From the NCBI RefSeq assembly GCF_009914755.1, contig NC_060930.1: a stretch of DNA of 64,000 nucleotides; one strand, written 5' to 3'. This DNA is from the human T2T-CHM13v2.0 reference genome, Homo sapiens. Positions 12,899 through 29,788 of this stretch are shown here, piece after piece. Each line of letters starts with the position of its first letter. Positions within the stretch are counted from its first letter, which is position 1. Made by a program: the position numbers and the translations under genes. Under the pieces are notes generated by a model. It was not told the origin of the DNA. It did not search any database and worked only from the letters and a program-made list of their open reading frames with translations.

Positions 12899-14493
12899 CG
12901 ATGGCAGTAGAGGCCCACCTGGAGACACTGCTGCCAACATGCCAGCTGCAGTAGGGGAATCACGACTGGGCTGCATGCTCCACAGAGCTGATGGGAGAAG
13001 GCAGGAGCCTCACTCTCCTGCATGCAACTGCAGCAGCCCAAGTTGCAGCTGTGAAGTCAGGCATCCCTGTGCTCTTGGGGTCTGGGAGCAGGCAGGAGCC
13101 CCACCCTCCTGGGTGCAGCTGCAGCTGCCCAAGTCATGGCTGTGGAATGGCCATATCTGCACTCTTTGGGATCCAGAAGACCCCCACTACCCCCACAGGC
13201 TTGGAGGTGCCTGCTCCTGCTGCCTGACTGCAACCTGCTCCCAGCACCTACCCTGATCTTGTACCAAGGTTGGGGCTGAGCAGCCAGGGTGCTGTTGCAG
13301 CCCAAACAGGTGTGCATACACTCAGGGCATGTTGACACACCAGCCTCCTTGCACTTCAGCCCTCTCCAGACTTTGGGAACAGACAAGCATGGAAGGGAGG
13401 CAGAGGGAGTGCCGAGGGCAGCTTTGTACTGGTCTGCAGGCGCCCCTTGGCATAAACATCCTGAGCACCATGGACAGCAGCAGGAGGCAGACAGGCTTCT
13501 GAACAGAAGAGGGTGGGTCCTTGGTGAGGACCCACCTTCAAGCTGGGGAGGGCCTGAAGCCTGGGGGCTGGACTGCCAGTCCCCCGGACTGGAATAGGTA
13601 CTTGCAGTGCTTTTTCCAGCCTGCCTATGGCCACCTGTGCACCAATCAGCATGCACCTTCTCCCCTCTGAAGCCCGTAAGTGCCCCAGACTCAGCCAAAC
13701 TTGAGCAAATGACAGGTAAATCAGCTGCTGAGAGGAGCTAGCAACCCCAGGGTCTCCTCTCTGCTGAAAGCTGAACACTCATCAGGATATCCTGTCTGGG
13801 GAGAGGAGCTACCCACTGTGGGTCTCCTCTGAGCTGTTCTATCACTCAATTAAAGGTTCACTTGACCTTGTTTACCCTCCACTTGTCCACATACCACTTT
13901 CTTCCTGGGCACAGGGCAAGAACTCAGGACCTACCAAATGACAGGGACAAAAGTGATGTAACACAAACAGGGCTGAAATGTGCCTCTTGCTTGCCACGTG
14001 TGGGTGACAAGAAGAAGAGAGGAGAAAAAGAGAGAAGGGCTGTAGCCTTTTGAAGAGCCAGACCTAGAGCTCCCTGAGCCAGGACTTGACACTCTCTTTG
14101 GGGCTATGCAGTTCCTGGTGTTTCTAAGCTTCTGGGTGCCACCAAGTTCCCTGGTGCCAGCTGTGGAAGCTGCTTGCAGTACTCCTATTCCAGGAGCAGC
14201 CAGCAAGGAGCTGGCGCCTGTGCCAGCACCTGGAGCTGCCCACCCCACCGCAGCCAAGGTGCCTAGCTGTGTGCAGTGACTGGACCCCATGCTTGTTCCC
14301 ACATCCCTCAGTGCTTTGCACCTGGGTCACCTTTGGCAGGGATGGGATTTAGGCTGGTACTGCGAGCTGAGTGCAGCCAGCTAGGCTGAGTGGGTGGAAT
14401 GAGCCTAGTGGACCTGAGCAAAGCTAGGGCAAAGGCATCACTGACCACAGAGGTTTCAAGCCAGAAAAGCATCACCTCAAGAATCCCATGAGA
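12899..14493 (+). mobile_element. MER52-family solo ERV1 LTR (~1.6 kb, GC-rich)
   Basis: Begins cgatggcagtagaggccc and ends ccacagaggtttc...gaatcccatgaga. CCAAT box (~13642), decayed TATA region and attaaa signal (~13849) on +. 4-bp TSD atta at 12895-12898 and 14494-14497. Confidence 0.85.
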
Positions 14494-14869
14494 ATTACAA
14501 CCAGATTCAGATAAGATTCATATTTTGGAGTTATCAGATAATAAATTTAAAGTAACTATGGTTAAAATGTTAATAATTATAATAGAAAAAATTAACATGT
14601 TTCAAGAATAGAGAAGGAAATGCTAAGAATCAAAAGTAAATAATAGAAAACATTGCAATATAAATAACAACTGTCTTAGGCTAATCAGTAGGCAGAATAC
14701 AGCGAAGAAATTAAACTGTGAGTTTAAAGGTCTATAGAAGCTAAAATAAATCAATATACTCTTCCCAAATTAAAAAGTAAAGAATAAAATATAGTTTAAA
14801 AAAGGGAATCAAACATTCCAAAACTGTGGGACCAATTCATAGGTGTATAATACACATACTTTGCTGTTT

Positions 14870-15011
14870 CAGAAAGGAAAGAAGGAAAGAAAGAAAGAAA
14901 GAGAGAGAGAAAGAAAGGAGGGAGAAAGAAAGAAAGAAGGAAGGAGGGAGGGAGGAAGGAAGGAAAGACAGAAAGGAAAGAAAGAGAAAGGCAGAAAGAA
15001 TGGAAAGAAAG

Positions 15012-15050
<39 letters not shown>

Positions 15051-15118
15051 AAAAAAGAAGGAAGGAAGGGAGGGAAGATGAGGAAGGGAAGAAGGGAGGA
15101 GGGAGGGAGGGAGATGAA
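14870..15118 (+). repeat. Compound (GAAA)n/(GGAA)n/(GGGA)n polypurine microsatellite
   Basis: Directly visible; sits in the purine-rich part of the old L1 ORF1. Confidence 0.97.
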
Positions 15119-16221
15119 ATATTTGAAGTAAACATTTGAAGACACCATAATGAATTTCTCAGTTTAATGACAGGCATCAAACCACAGATTCAGCAAGCTC
15201 AGTGAACACATCAAGTAACATTAATAGAAAAATATACTAAGCTAATCATGTTATAATCAAACTACAGAAAACATAAAACAAAGAGAAAACATTGAAAGAA
15301 GCCAAAGGAAGAGAAAGGATGACCTAAAGAGAGAGCAGTAAAAAAACACATCAGACTTTTCATCAGAAACCACATAAGCAAGAAGAGACTAGAGTGAAAT
15401 ATTTAAAGTGTTGAAAAACAAAACCCCACTAATCTAGATTCTATGTACAGTGAAAAGATCCTTCAAAAGTTAAAGATAAATATAGATTTTCTCAAGCAAA
15501 AACTGAAGGTACCCTAGCACTCAGAGCTGTCACGCAAGAAATGCTAAAATTTATTTAAGTAGTAGAAAAATAATATGTTATAAATTTGATCTTCATAGAA
15601 ATAGAAAGATCAGAAAAATAATAACTGAATGAAAAATAAAATATTTTATTTTTGTTATCCTAACCAACCTAAAAACCATTTGTTTAAAGAAATTATAACA
15701 AAGTATTGGGTGACGGTAGGTTATGAATTCATGAAATAAATAACAACAATATCCTATGGGACACTAAGGAAAAACTGGAAATAGTCCATTATAAATTATA
15801 GTAGTTTGAAGGTGGGATTTGATTGGTTAAACATGTATGTTGTAACTCTAGGTCAATTGCTAAATTTTTTGAAGTCTAATTAATATGCTAAGGGAAGAAA
15901 TAAAATTTAATTATATAAATGTTCAATTAACACCATCAAAGCTAGAAAAGGGAAAGCAAGAAAAAAAGAAATTTACAGGCAGAAAACAGTTGCCAACATG
16001 GTAGATACTAAACCAACTCTATTAATAGGAGCTTTAAATGTGGTCTGAATATACCACCTAGAACAAAGGTATCATCTTAAAGTATGAGAAAAAAAGACCC
16101 AATTATATGTTATATGCAAGAATTAGTTAAAGTTAGATTAAAATGAAGAGATGCAAAAATATATACCATAGTACCATTAATCAAAACAAATGTGGAGCAG
16201 TTACATTGATTTTAAACAATA

Positions 16222-16597
16222 TGTCTGATAAACCAAGCAAGCATTCAAGGGCAGAACCTAAGCACTGGGACCTTGGTGCAGGGACTGAATTAAGAATTGA
16301 ACACTGCATGGCAGGATTCAGGATTCAATTCAGATTGAGCCCTGGCGTCTCTCCATGGTAGGATCCAGTCAGATCATGCCTCCTGGCATTATTTCATTGT
16401 GATATCCACTCACATCATGGCTGATTAACCTACGCTTATAAAACCAATCCAGCTCCAGCTCAAGAAGACAGATTTCAGCATTTTCTCTTGTCTCCTTGCT
16501 AGTCAACTTGCAATAATTTTTAATTTTTTTTTCAATAGCTGGTGCCATGGTACTTCTATGCGCATCTGGAAGTGAGCCCATTTATTGCTTAGTAACA
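16222..16597 (+). mobile_element. LTR47-like solo LTR (ERVL)
   Basis: tg...aca termini. Repeated ggcaggattcagg / ggtaggatccagtcagatcatgcctcctggc motifs, TATA (cttataaaacc ~16436), gcaataa, and 3' end gcgcatctggaagtgagccc...ttagtaaca. Confidence 0.75.
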
Positions 16598-16599
16598 AA

Positions 16600-17600
16600 A
16601 TCATCATTGCTCACCCAAACAGGAATACTTGATGAAACTCAATTTCATTAGAGTAGTGTAGCTGGAAGTAGATATGAAGATACATCAAAGATGCAATTAA
16701 ATAGACCATTGAATAATGACTGAAATGTAGTACCATCCCCATCAATAACCATCCCCATCAATAACAAATTTAACAACAGACTATAAGACTGTTGGATATC
16801 TGATCACTATGGAGTCTATGCCATTAAAGGGCTATGATCCAGGATGCTAGAGAATCAAGCCACAAAAATAAGCTGTGAAAAAACCATGAGAAGCCTACAC
16901 CATGGGAATGTGTAACTGAACGGTGTATTTTTTTTCCACTGTTCTCAAATGGCTTGAGTACCATGAACTAAGGGGCGCCTGATTGGGATTGAAGAGATAA
17001 AGGAACAACCTCCTAATGCAGTTATATGGTCCTAAAAATATAAAAATCTGTACTATAGTTTCTGTAGTGTCGTTATATTCACCACCCAGATAGAAATCTA
17101 AACTTACTAAATAATAACTTCTATTAAGCACACAAGATACCAGGAAAGTTTATTATGTGGAAAAGCATCTTTGTCTGCTATGATGAAAGAGAGGATGGTA
17201 CTGTGAGTTCAACTGATGTATGGCATGTCAATTACTACCTTGATACCTCTGATTTTGCTATAAGGTGTGACAAAACCTGTAAAAGTTTTTAGACAAAATT
17301 ACATAAAAAGAAGTTTTACACAAATGATGATTCCCAAGGTGAGAAAATATTTTGGGAGACTGAGTTAAGATTCCAGTTGATATAAAATTCATGGAAACCA
17401 ATAAGTGAATTTATCCTTAAAATTATTCATACCAAAGTTTGTTAACACCTATTAAATTTTTCAAATAATTCTGAATGATAAAGAAAAATCAGTTGGTAGA
17501 AGAATATCAAAAAGAATGATCTTTCTTGATGAAGAAAGATCAAATTGGTAGAAGAATATTGAGAAGTATATCAAGGAATATGGTCACAATTAACATGATT
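16600..17600 (+). other. Unidentified coding-like relic (possible old processed pseudogene or transposase fossil)
   Basis: Purine-rich, codon-like sequence that I cannot match to a repeat. Interrupted protein-like frames, e.g. KSIFVCYDEREDGTVSSTDVWHVNYYLDTSDFAIRCDKTC and FLDEERS...EKYIKEYGHN*. Confidence 0.25.
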
Positions 17601-19120
17601 TGTAGAGGAAATTCATATTCTTCTTTGGAAATTTCAAATTAGTGTGTTCATTGAAAATATTTGTTGGCTTATTTTTTTGTATGAGATATTGTAGAAAATG
17701 TAAATTATAAAAAAGATACCTGAGTAACATCCAGCAAGATAATAATGACTGAGATCACAGAAGAGGATAGAATATGTTAAAATAGCTAGCCTGTGATCTG
17801 TCTCTTCATACTTACCTTAGAAGTTCCTGGGGGTGGGGTGGAGAAAAAGCCAGGCAAGCAGGAATAGCCTTCCTATAAACATACTAACAACTACTCCAAC
17901 TATAAATAGGTTGATCATATTTTTTAGGAAGATAATATTTATCTACATAATATTCTAAGAACTAGAATATTACATATTAGAATTTATTAGAATTGCTTAT
18001 GGTAAATCCATAATTTAAAAACCCATAATTGGAATTTATGGATTCATGTGCAAAGGTCCCCAGAAAATATTGCAGATGCTAGGTGAAGATCTTAGGCATA
18101 AAATAGATATTTTTTGTAAGTGAAACATATCTGCTATGTGACTGAAAAAAAAACCAAATTTAATACTTTCTATGTAAACCTGAGCCAAATAACAATTATT
18201 CTATGAGAAGGAAAGATTTGTGAGCTCTCAACAATGTCCCAGATGTCTCCTTGCTTCACGTCTAATTCTTAAATGCTGGAATGATTGAAATTATTTTGAA
18301 AGCTTGATAGTGAGTAAGGTTGTTGTTTATGTTAGTTAGATTTGACAATGCAGTCCTTTTATTAATTCCAGTAAAATAATTATCTAACAATAATTTATTG
18401 TTAGATATATAACAATAAATTCATCTAATTATTTATTATATATTAGTTATATAAAATATTAATATTTAATTTTGTATTTCGATATCAAAATTTGCATAAA
18501 TTTAATATATCCATTAAAAATAATATATCTGTTTATAATATCTTATAAATACATTTTTATTATTCATTATTTATTTAATATGTCAAATATTTTATGAATA
18601 TATTATCACATATCAATGATGATCAAATATCTGAATTCAACTTTTGGCCCCAAATTATATAAATCTTTATTAATATTAGTAAAAACCAAAATTTTAAAAC
18701 AAAAATACTTATTAACAAAATAATTATAACAAAATATTAAACCTATATTTTTTCGGAATGCATGTTACAGAATGAAACGTACTTTATGTTGATTTCTAAT
18801 TTTTAGTTTTTCATTATATAATTTAAGGCATGATGCAGAGGAAACCAAGGAAAGAAAGATTAATTGTTAAGAATTCATAGAAATTTCATTCATCTTTCAT
18901 AAAAATACATACAAAAAAGTTAAAAATTAAAATCATTAAAGCTAATGGAATCTATTATATTTAAATAGCTTATTTCGCAGGTGAAGAGATATTGTTTTAG
19001 ATTATAAAGCCACCGTATTAAATGAGCCTTCAAATTGCACTGACATAACAGTAAAACTTTATTTCTCACTCAAAATAACAAGATTGCAGCTGTAAGTTAG
19101 AGGGCAATTTTCCTTTACAT

Positions 19121-19459
19121 CAGGGGTCCCCAATCCCCAGGCTGAGGACCAGTACCAGTCTCTAGCCTGTTAGGAACCGGGTCACACAGCAGGAGGTGAG
19201 CAGGAGCAGAGCAAATTTTACCTCCTGAGTTCTGCCTCCTGTTGGATCAGAAAGGACATCAGATTCTCAGAGTAGCACAAACCCTATTGTGAACTGTGCA
19301 TGTGAGGGATCTAGGTTGCATGCTCCTTATGAGAATCAAACTAATGCTTGATGATCTGAGGTGCAACAGTTTCATCCTCAAGCCATCCCCTTAACCCCCT
19401 GTGACAAAATTGTCTTCCATAAAACCTGTCCCTGGTGCCAAAAATGTTGGGGACCGCTG
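19121..19459 (+). mobile_element. MER1B (hAT-Charlie MITE), complete
   Basis: TIRs caggggtccccaa...ttggggaccgctg. Perfect 8-bp TSD ctttacat at 19113-19120 and 19460-19467. Confidence 0.95.
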
Positions 19460-19498
19460 CTTTACATGGTGATTCAGAGATCTAATCTTTGAGGTCAC

Positions 19499-19808
<310 letters not shown>

Positions 19809-20429
19809 TCACAGTTTTTTCATCCACTAGAGCATCATTGTTGTCTTCATCCAACTAATGCTAAGGGGGTTTTAAAGTAAGATCTAGTTTTCAAAACCTT
19901 TGACCAGGAAGTGGCACATTACTTTCACTTTCATTGCTTTGCTAGAATTAGTCAAATGCGCACATCTCTGTGATTTCAGTACCTATGTAGTAAGAAGCTA
20001 CTCCTTGACAACATCTTGAAAACATGAAAGGGGTGCAGAAATTTTAGTGGACAATTGGCTAATTCAGGTACAGGGTATGGCTTACTATGTTATTATGAAT
20101 TCAGCATTATAACACCAGCCTTGCTATTAAATTGCTACATAATCCCTGTTTATGGTTTTGGTAGATCTTAGCTTTAGATTCTTAGTTTATTAAGAAGAAA
20201 ATGTCAAACTAAATAATTTCCTGATTTTTATTTTTATAAATTTAAACTTTTATTAACCATTCGCAAATAAACAAATTCAAGCAAGCATTCAAATTGGGTC
20301 TGTGCATATTTTTAACCACTGTGTGCTACCATCATTACTAATAATAAAGAGTTAAACATAAATTAATTTTAAAACCTATGGTTACATTTCATCAATTTAA
20401 AATAATCTAGAACATAAATCCTTCTACCC

Positions 20430-23123
<2,694 letters not shown>

Positions 23124-26100
23124 CACCCCTGAATACCACCCAAATCACAAGTATTTGTAGAATAGGTTATCGTTACAATCCAAGGGTAGGCAATATTGGA
23201 GGGTTCATTGGATGTATTGGAGGTCCTGCAGCTGAAATGTATTTTCAAGCATTAGGAAATTAGTGAGTTGCTCTTATGTCTGTAGAAGTTATTACACTTA
23301 GTATTTTAAAGACTTCTAATATTGAGACGGTTCAAAGTAATTATCAGTGGCAATGCCCTTTCTGATTAGACAAAAGAGCAGTGAAAACAATCTTCTTTCA
23401 TTAGCTATTTCAAGTTTGAAAGGGTTTTAAGGTATAATTGAACTTTTAAACCATACTTTATTTAGTAGCTAGAGGGTTAAAAGCTTCATTAGGCAAGAAT
23501 GTATACTTTAATGTTCATAAAACATTACACTTTTACTGTTTTTATAACTGTATTGTGAAGGAATTAATGAGTCTTAGTAATTAATTGTGTAGTTCAGTTC
23601 AATTTAGTTTCTGTAAAAAAAAGTTGTTTATATTATTCTTAATAAAATCTAATCCATTTGATACTGTGATAAGATCTTAACATAATAAATGCAAAATACA
23701 CCCCTTCCTCAGGTTGCAAAACCAATTTACATGTAGATGACACAATTTTATATCTCCTGTAGCATAATTTAGTTTGCATTTTCAGAAAGCACAAAATGAG
23801 CAGTTTTTCCCCTTGGTAAACTACAAAAATGTGTGTAGGTACTTCTCTCATAGTACAAAAATCAATCTGAAAAACAGTAATTGAAAAGTTTCTTAGGGAT
23901 TATAATTGATTTAACGTATAAAGTTGAAGGTAACATATTTATTATTTTCAAATTTATTTTTGAATAAGGATGTACATTACACTGGTTTTCTTCACTATAT
24001 TGTGTGTGCACATGTATGTGTGTGAATGTGTGTGTGTATATGTATACATAACCTATTTTTGTTACAGATTTTTATAATGATTTAGAAAACTATTAAAATG
24101 TGCTTGTACAACACACATGAGAATTATTTCTTACAGAATATAAATGATTAATTTGTAGTATCATTTCACTCAATAGTAATCAAAATTATTCACAAGAAAC
24201 AGAACCCAAGCAAAGCATTCGCTAAGATAATGCCATACATAATATTTTCTAAGCCTGAAAATAATGTATTCAAAAATCCTAATTTAAATAAAAAAAGGTA
24301 AACTCTACAATCATTTAACTCTATAGTGAAAGAAAAACTGATGCATAGTATTTGTAAATGAACTGTTTCAACACATATTAAGAACAATTTGATAAATGCC
24401 CTACAAATATAAAACTGGGTGCCAAAGTACAATGTGGAAAAATATATCATAATTTAAAAATAATATTTTAAATTTACATGCCACTACTGAAATTATGTAA
24501 GAGAATGAGCAACAGACAGAAATGTTGAGATTAGTATGTATATTCAATAAATTTTATGTATATAAATTCTAAGTATATGTTTATCATAAAACATTTATTG
24601 ACAGAATAATTGTATAATATTAATAATGCAGTCCTATCTGTCATCTATCATGACTTTCCTCAATATTCTCATCTCATCAATTTTAGTAACTTCTTACGAT
24701 TTTGTGGGGCACATAATGATGAAATCTTTATTATTCATTTATGCAAACATATTATAGTATTAAATTGACTAAATATGCAAATTGTTCTGTAATGGCTTTT
24801 GAGCCAAGAATAAATAAATGCTACAACAAATTGAAAAGAAGGTTTAGATTTCTTTCTTGAGGACAAGAGAAACTGGATAGTGTCAGAACCTCTACATATG
24901 AATGTAAATTCTATTCTTATTTCATATCACTACATATAACATTAATATTGAAGAATGTTAATAGTTTTCTTTAAAAATTACAATTTTAATCCAAATCTAA
25001 TCCAATTGGAATTGGATTTCAGGAATAATTTAAACAAATTAAAACATACTCAGAATTCTTCCAGAAAATGGCCTTCAAGAATGTCAAGATTTGACTCTCC
25101 ATATGTTTTTCAAATAGACCAAAACCCAGTGGATTAAAGAATATATTGCAAGAAAAATACTAAATAAGATAAATAAGTTAAAACAATTATATACTAAATA
25201 TATATATTTATATACATATACTAAGAAAGATAAATAAGTTAAACTATTACATGCTTAATAAAGTAACAAAATTTAAATAAAATTGAGAATCTAAATGAAC
25301 CTAAGAAAACTTACTGTCAGTTATTATAAATGGACATTTTTTTCTATTAGGACTCTAAATTATTGGAAAACATGACACAATTTTGAATACAGTGTATATT
25401 TAGAATGGCCTGCTCTTAGTTTGAGTGAGTCTAAGCCCTATCTACAACCTACAAGGTAACCATAAATACAACTCTTAGTAGGGTCTGCCATAATTAAAAT
25501 GCCCACAGGAGTGGTATGGTACAGTGGTTTTTGACACTTGTGCAATTTATTTATATTACTTTTACTGGTATCTACTAAATACACCTTCACTCAATTTTGA
25601 ATCAATAGTATGTCTTGAATTTCCCATTTAAAAATTCTCTACATATTTTTTAATGAGAAAAATGTAATCACATCATCAATAATATATTTACTGTTTAAAT
25701 AGCAATTACAATTACATAGGTATTTGTGCAACCCAAGTTTATATGCATAAAGTATTCAAAACATTATGATGTTACATTGATGTTTAGAATAAATTCTTTG
25801 AACTGAATAAAACTTGTTGATTCCAACTAGATTACTATTCTTGTGTGATTCCAGAAACTACACAAACTCTTAATGCTATTACAATGCAAAAATAATACAA
25901 ATACAATGAGTAAAATAAATTTCTACCAAAATAGCATAATTATGTTTAGTGGAGAGAATAACAATATGCTTCAGCTTTTAATTATGAGAATATAGTTGAT
26001 GGTTATATTATTAAATACTGCTCATCTTTAAAAATTGCAATTACATTAAAAGAGAAGAAAATGTAAATACTTTAGTTAAAATTAATGCAAATGACACAAA

Positions 26101-26295
26101 GTAAAATTCAAAATATTCTAATATTTTAAACAGTATTTTAAAATATTTAATATTATTCAATAAAGTTAAAAAAGAGTAAGCTATAATTAAAATAGTTGAA
26201 TTGCAAATCTGCATTAGTTTAATAATAAAGATGAATTTTTATACAAATGTTTGAAAAAGTAATGAATTACTAAATAATTCTATGAAAATCTTCAT

Positions 26296-27595
26296 GTCTT
26301 TTCAATAAATAGTATTTGGAAAACTGTATATTCACATGCAAAATACTAAAATTAGATCCATGTCTTACACCATATACAAATTCACTCAAAATAAATCAAA
26401 GGCTTAAATGTAACGTCTGAAATAATAGAGCTCCTAGAAGAAAACAGAGGGAAAGAGCTCCTTGACATAGGTCTTTACAATTATTTTTTTAATATAACAT
26501 CAAATTCAAAGGCAAAAAAGCAAAACTAAAAAAGTAGGACTACAAAATAAAAAGCTTCTGGGAGCAAAAGAAACAATCAACGAAATAAAAAGACAACCTA
26601 GGGAATGGGAGAAAATATTTGCAAATTGCATATTTGATAAAGAGTTAATATTCAAAATATATAAAGAACTCACGTAAATTAGTAGCAAAAAACCAAATAA
26701 TTTGATTTTTAAATGAGCAAAAGACCTCAATATATATTTTTCCAAAAAAGACATAAAACACCCAAATGCTTTATGAAAATGTGCTCAACAACACTAATCA
26801 TAAGGGAAATGCAAATTAAAACCACAATGAGATATCATCTCACACCTGTTGGGATGGCTATTGTCAAAAAGAAAAGAGAAAACAAGTGTTGGCAATGGTG
26901 TAGAGGAAAGAAACTCTTGTACACTGTTGGAGGAAATGTAAATTGGTGCAGACATTATGGAAAACACTATGAAAGTCCCTCAAAAACCTAAAAATAAAAC
27001 CACCATATGATCTAGCAATCTCACTTAATCAGTGTCAAAGAGATATCTGCACTCACATGTTCATTGCAGCATTAATCACAGTAGCCAAGGTATGGAAACA
27101 ACCTAAGTGTCCATCAATAGATGAATAGATTTTAAAATGACAGAGAGATAGATATATAGCTAGAGAGATGATAGACAGAATTGAATATTGTCCAGTAACA
27201 CACAAAAATCCTGTCCTTGTGACTACATGGATGAACCTGGAGGACATTAAGCTCTGTGCAGTAAACCAGACCCAGGAGGACAGATGCTGTATGATCTGAC
27301 TTATATGTGGAATCTGAAAAAGTTTAACTCATAGAAGCAGAGGCTAAAAAAGTGGTTCTCAGTGGCTGGGAGTTGGGAAAAATGGGGAGATACTGGTCAG
27401 TTATCAGATGAATATGTTCTGGGGATCAAATGTACAGCATGGTGACTATAGTTAATAATACCACATTGTCTACTTGAAATTTGATAAAATAGCAAATTTT
27501 AAGTGTCCTCACCAAACACATACCCACACACACAGATGCATGGCACATGCACAAATAGTAATGTGGTTTATATTATATTTTTTAAAATAAAAAAT
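26296..27595 (+). mobile_element. L1MA8/9-like 3' fragment (ORF2 end plus 3' UTR)
   Basis: ORF 26713 [23 protein letters not shown]...KCW is the L1 ORF2 C-terminus. 3' UTR tgtacagcatggtgactatagttaataat. Confidence 0.9.
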
Positions 27596-27906
27596 TATGA
27601 TATTCAATGTTTTCCTAGATGCTAATAAAATGAATAAATACCATATTTTGCCCTTGTTAATAGATGTAACTGTATTCAAATTTGAAATGTAATGTCAATT
27701 ATTTAATATTAAACATTGTTAGTCAGCTGCTATACATGTCTTTTCAGTGTTGTAAATTCAGGCAGTCTTTTAAAAGCTGGGATTGGAATATTAAGAAAAG
27801 TAATAAACTTCATGTTTTGCTTTCTTAGAAAAAAATACACAGACACTGTATTGTGCAAGAATCTTTTGCGTTCACGATATCTGAGAGGCAGCATTTGACA
27901 AGTTAA

Positions 27907-28211
<305 letters not shown>

Positions 28212-29569
28212 CATTTGTTTGTTTTTTGACTAAGCACAAAGAATGAAACTTTTCTATACTTGTAACCAGAATCAGTCTACAATGTCAGACGTAAAATTTT
28301 TATAATATTTGAGTGCATTAGTCTTTTGTTTCAAAAACACAGGACTAGAAATGTAAAGATGACTTTGCTTGTTAGTCACCCCATGAGTTGGTGTTTAGGT
28401 TACAGGTCATGCTTTGACAGTATTGAGTGCCAGATTCCAAGGGACAGTGGCAAATATATATATTTTGTTTTCTCGTATCTGAACTCTTTTAAATTACAAG
28501 AACAGAGCAAATAATCTCCTTGCCCATTTCCAAATGTATATTGCAATGAGAAACTCTAAGTCAGGTTAAAATTGATGTTCACTCAAATAAACCATATGGT
28601 GCCAAGAAATGCTTCACAGAATAAGGTGAAATAAGAGATAACATGCTATTAAGAAAATAATTACTTTTATTTATTGTTCACTATTAAAGCTATATGATAT
28701 ACTCATCAAATTTCAAGGTAAACCAGAGTAAGAAATATACCAGAGGATGCTCCACAAATGAGGATATTGTGCTTATACTTTATGGAAATGCTAGTAGCTA
28801 TTGGCCACACCTGGGGAAGTTGAAAGGCATACAAAACTGCTTTTAACATGTAATGGAAGTTACTGGTAAATTCATACTGACAACTTTCCTAGCCTATTAA
28901 GCAAAAGTAGGGAATTTAACTTTCCATACATGATTTAGCTGAGGTTTTTTTTGTTATAATATACTCTGTGTTAAATTTTCTGTTAACACCAAGATAAAAT
29001 TGATAAGATTTTGCAGGCATTAACTTTCCCATTCTATATTCTCTCTGTTTTTTTTTTTTTCCAGAAAATTCAGTAGGGTGTGAATATACCCTCAACATAT
29101 AAATTCAACATTCCACAAATTTATTCATCTACAAAATTCATGAAATAAATAATATTTGTAGTCATGTAGAGTTTCATCCAATTACGGCTCTTGTGGATAT
29201 GAAACATGATTCACTATCCAGTTTCTGAAGACCATTCCAATTTTTTTTTTCAGACAAGGCTGTGCTGACTTTCCCATCACCCATATGTCACTCTTCAATG
29301 TCTCTATGCATTTGCCGTTAAATACAGGACTAGTAGCCAAGAATCTAAATTTCAAGACCTAACCCTGAAGTACACTAAATTTTTACTTGATGTTTCTGAA
29401 GTTACTTCACTTTTCTGGCCCCCATCTTCTCATTACATTCCCCGCAAAGTAAATTTAAAATCAAAGATAAGAGTAATTGTTTAGGAAATAGCATGCAAAA
29501 TACAAGTAAATGAATACATTGGAAATAAAACTTAGACAACATATTCATTAAATAGACTGTTAATTGAAA

Positions 29570-29788
29570 ATGTTTTAATTTTCAATTAAGAATAATTTAT
29601 ATATTTGTGGGGTACAATGTTATGTTCTGGTATATGTATGCATTATGGAATGATTAGGCAAGCTAATTAACATATCTATCACTTCATCACTCAACATACA
29701 TTTTTGTATGGTGAGATCACTTGAAATTTACTCTCTTGACCATTTGGAAATAAAAAGTACATTGTTATTAACTATAGTCACCATGCTG
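29570..29788 (-). mobile_element. L1MA 3'-end fragment
   Basis: ggggtacaatgttatg...aagctaattaacatatctatcac...ttattaactatagtcaccatgctg. Confidence 0.8.

Noticed and set aside
12939-14330. Cluster of overlapping ORFs up to 213 aa in GC-rich DNA (possible gene or CpG island)
   Set aside because: All lie within the MER52 LTR; GC-richness lowers stop frequency and CpGs are depleted.
14826-15180. Four ~100 aa K/E/R or F/L/S ORFs, and a possible EWS-FLI1-type GGAA microsatellite
   Set aside because: Simple-repeat artefacts; consecutive GGAA runs are only about 3 units and the tract is mostly GAAA.
16780-16830. SDHYGV peptide resembling an EEP/phosphodiesterase C-terminal motif
   Set aside because: A single short motif next to stop codons with no other family motifs; cannot support naming the relic.
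25150-25250. ~60-bp imperfect tandem duplication and other short direct repeats (1250-1310, 56677-56700, 60200-60226)
   Set aside because: Two-copy slippage products in AT-rich DNA; no repeat-spacer array, not CRISPR-like.
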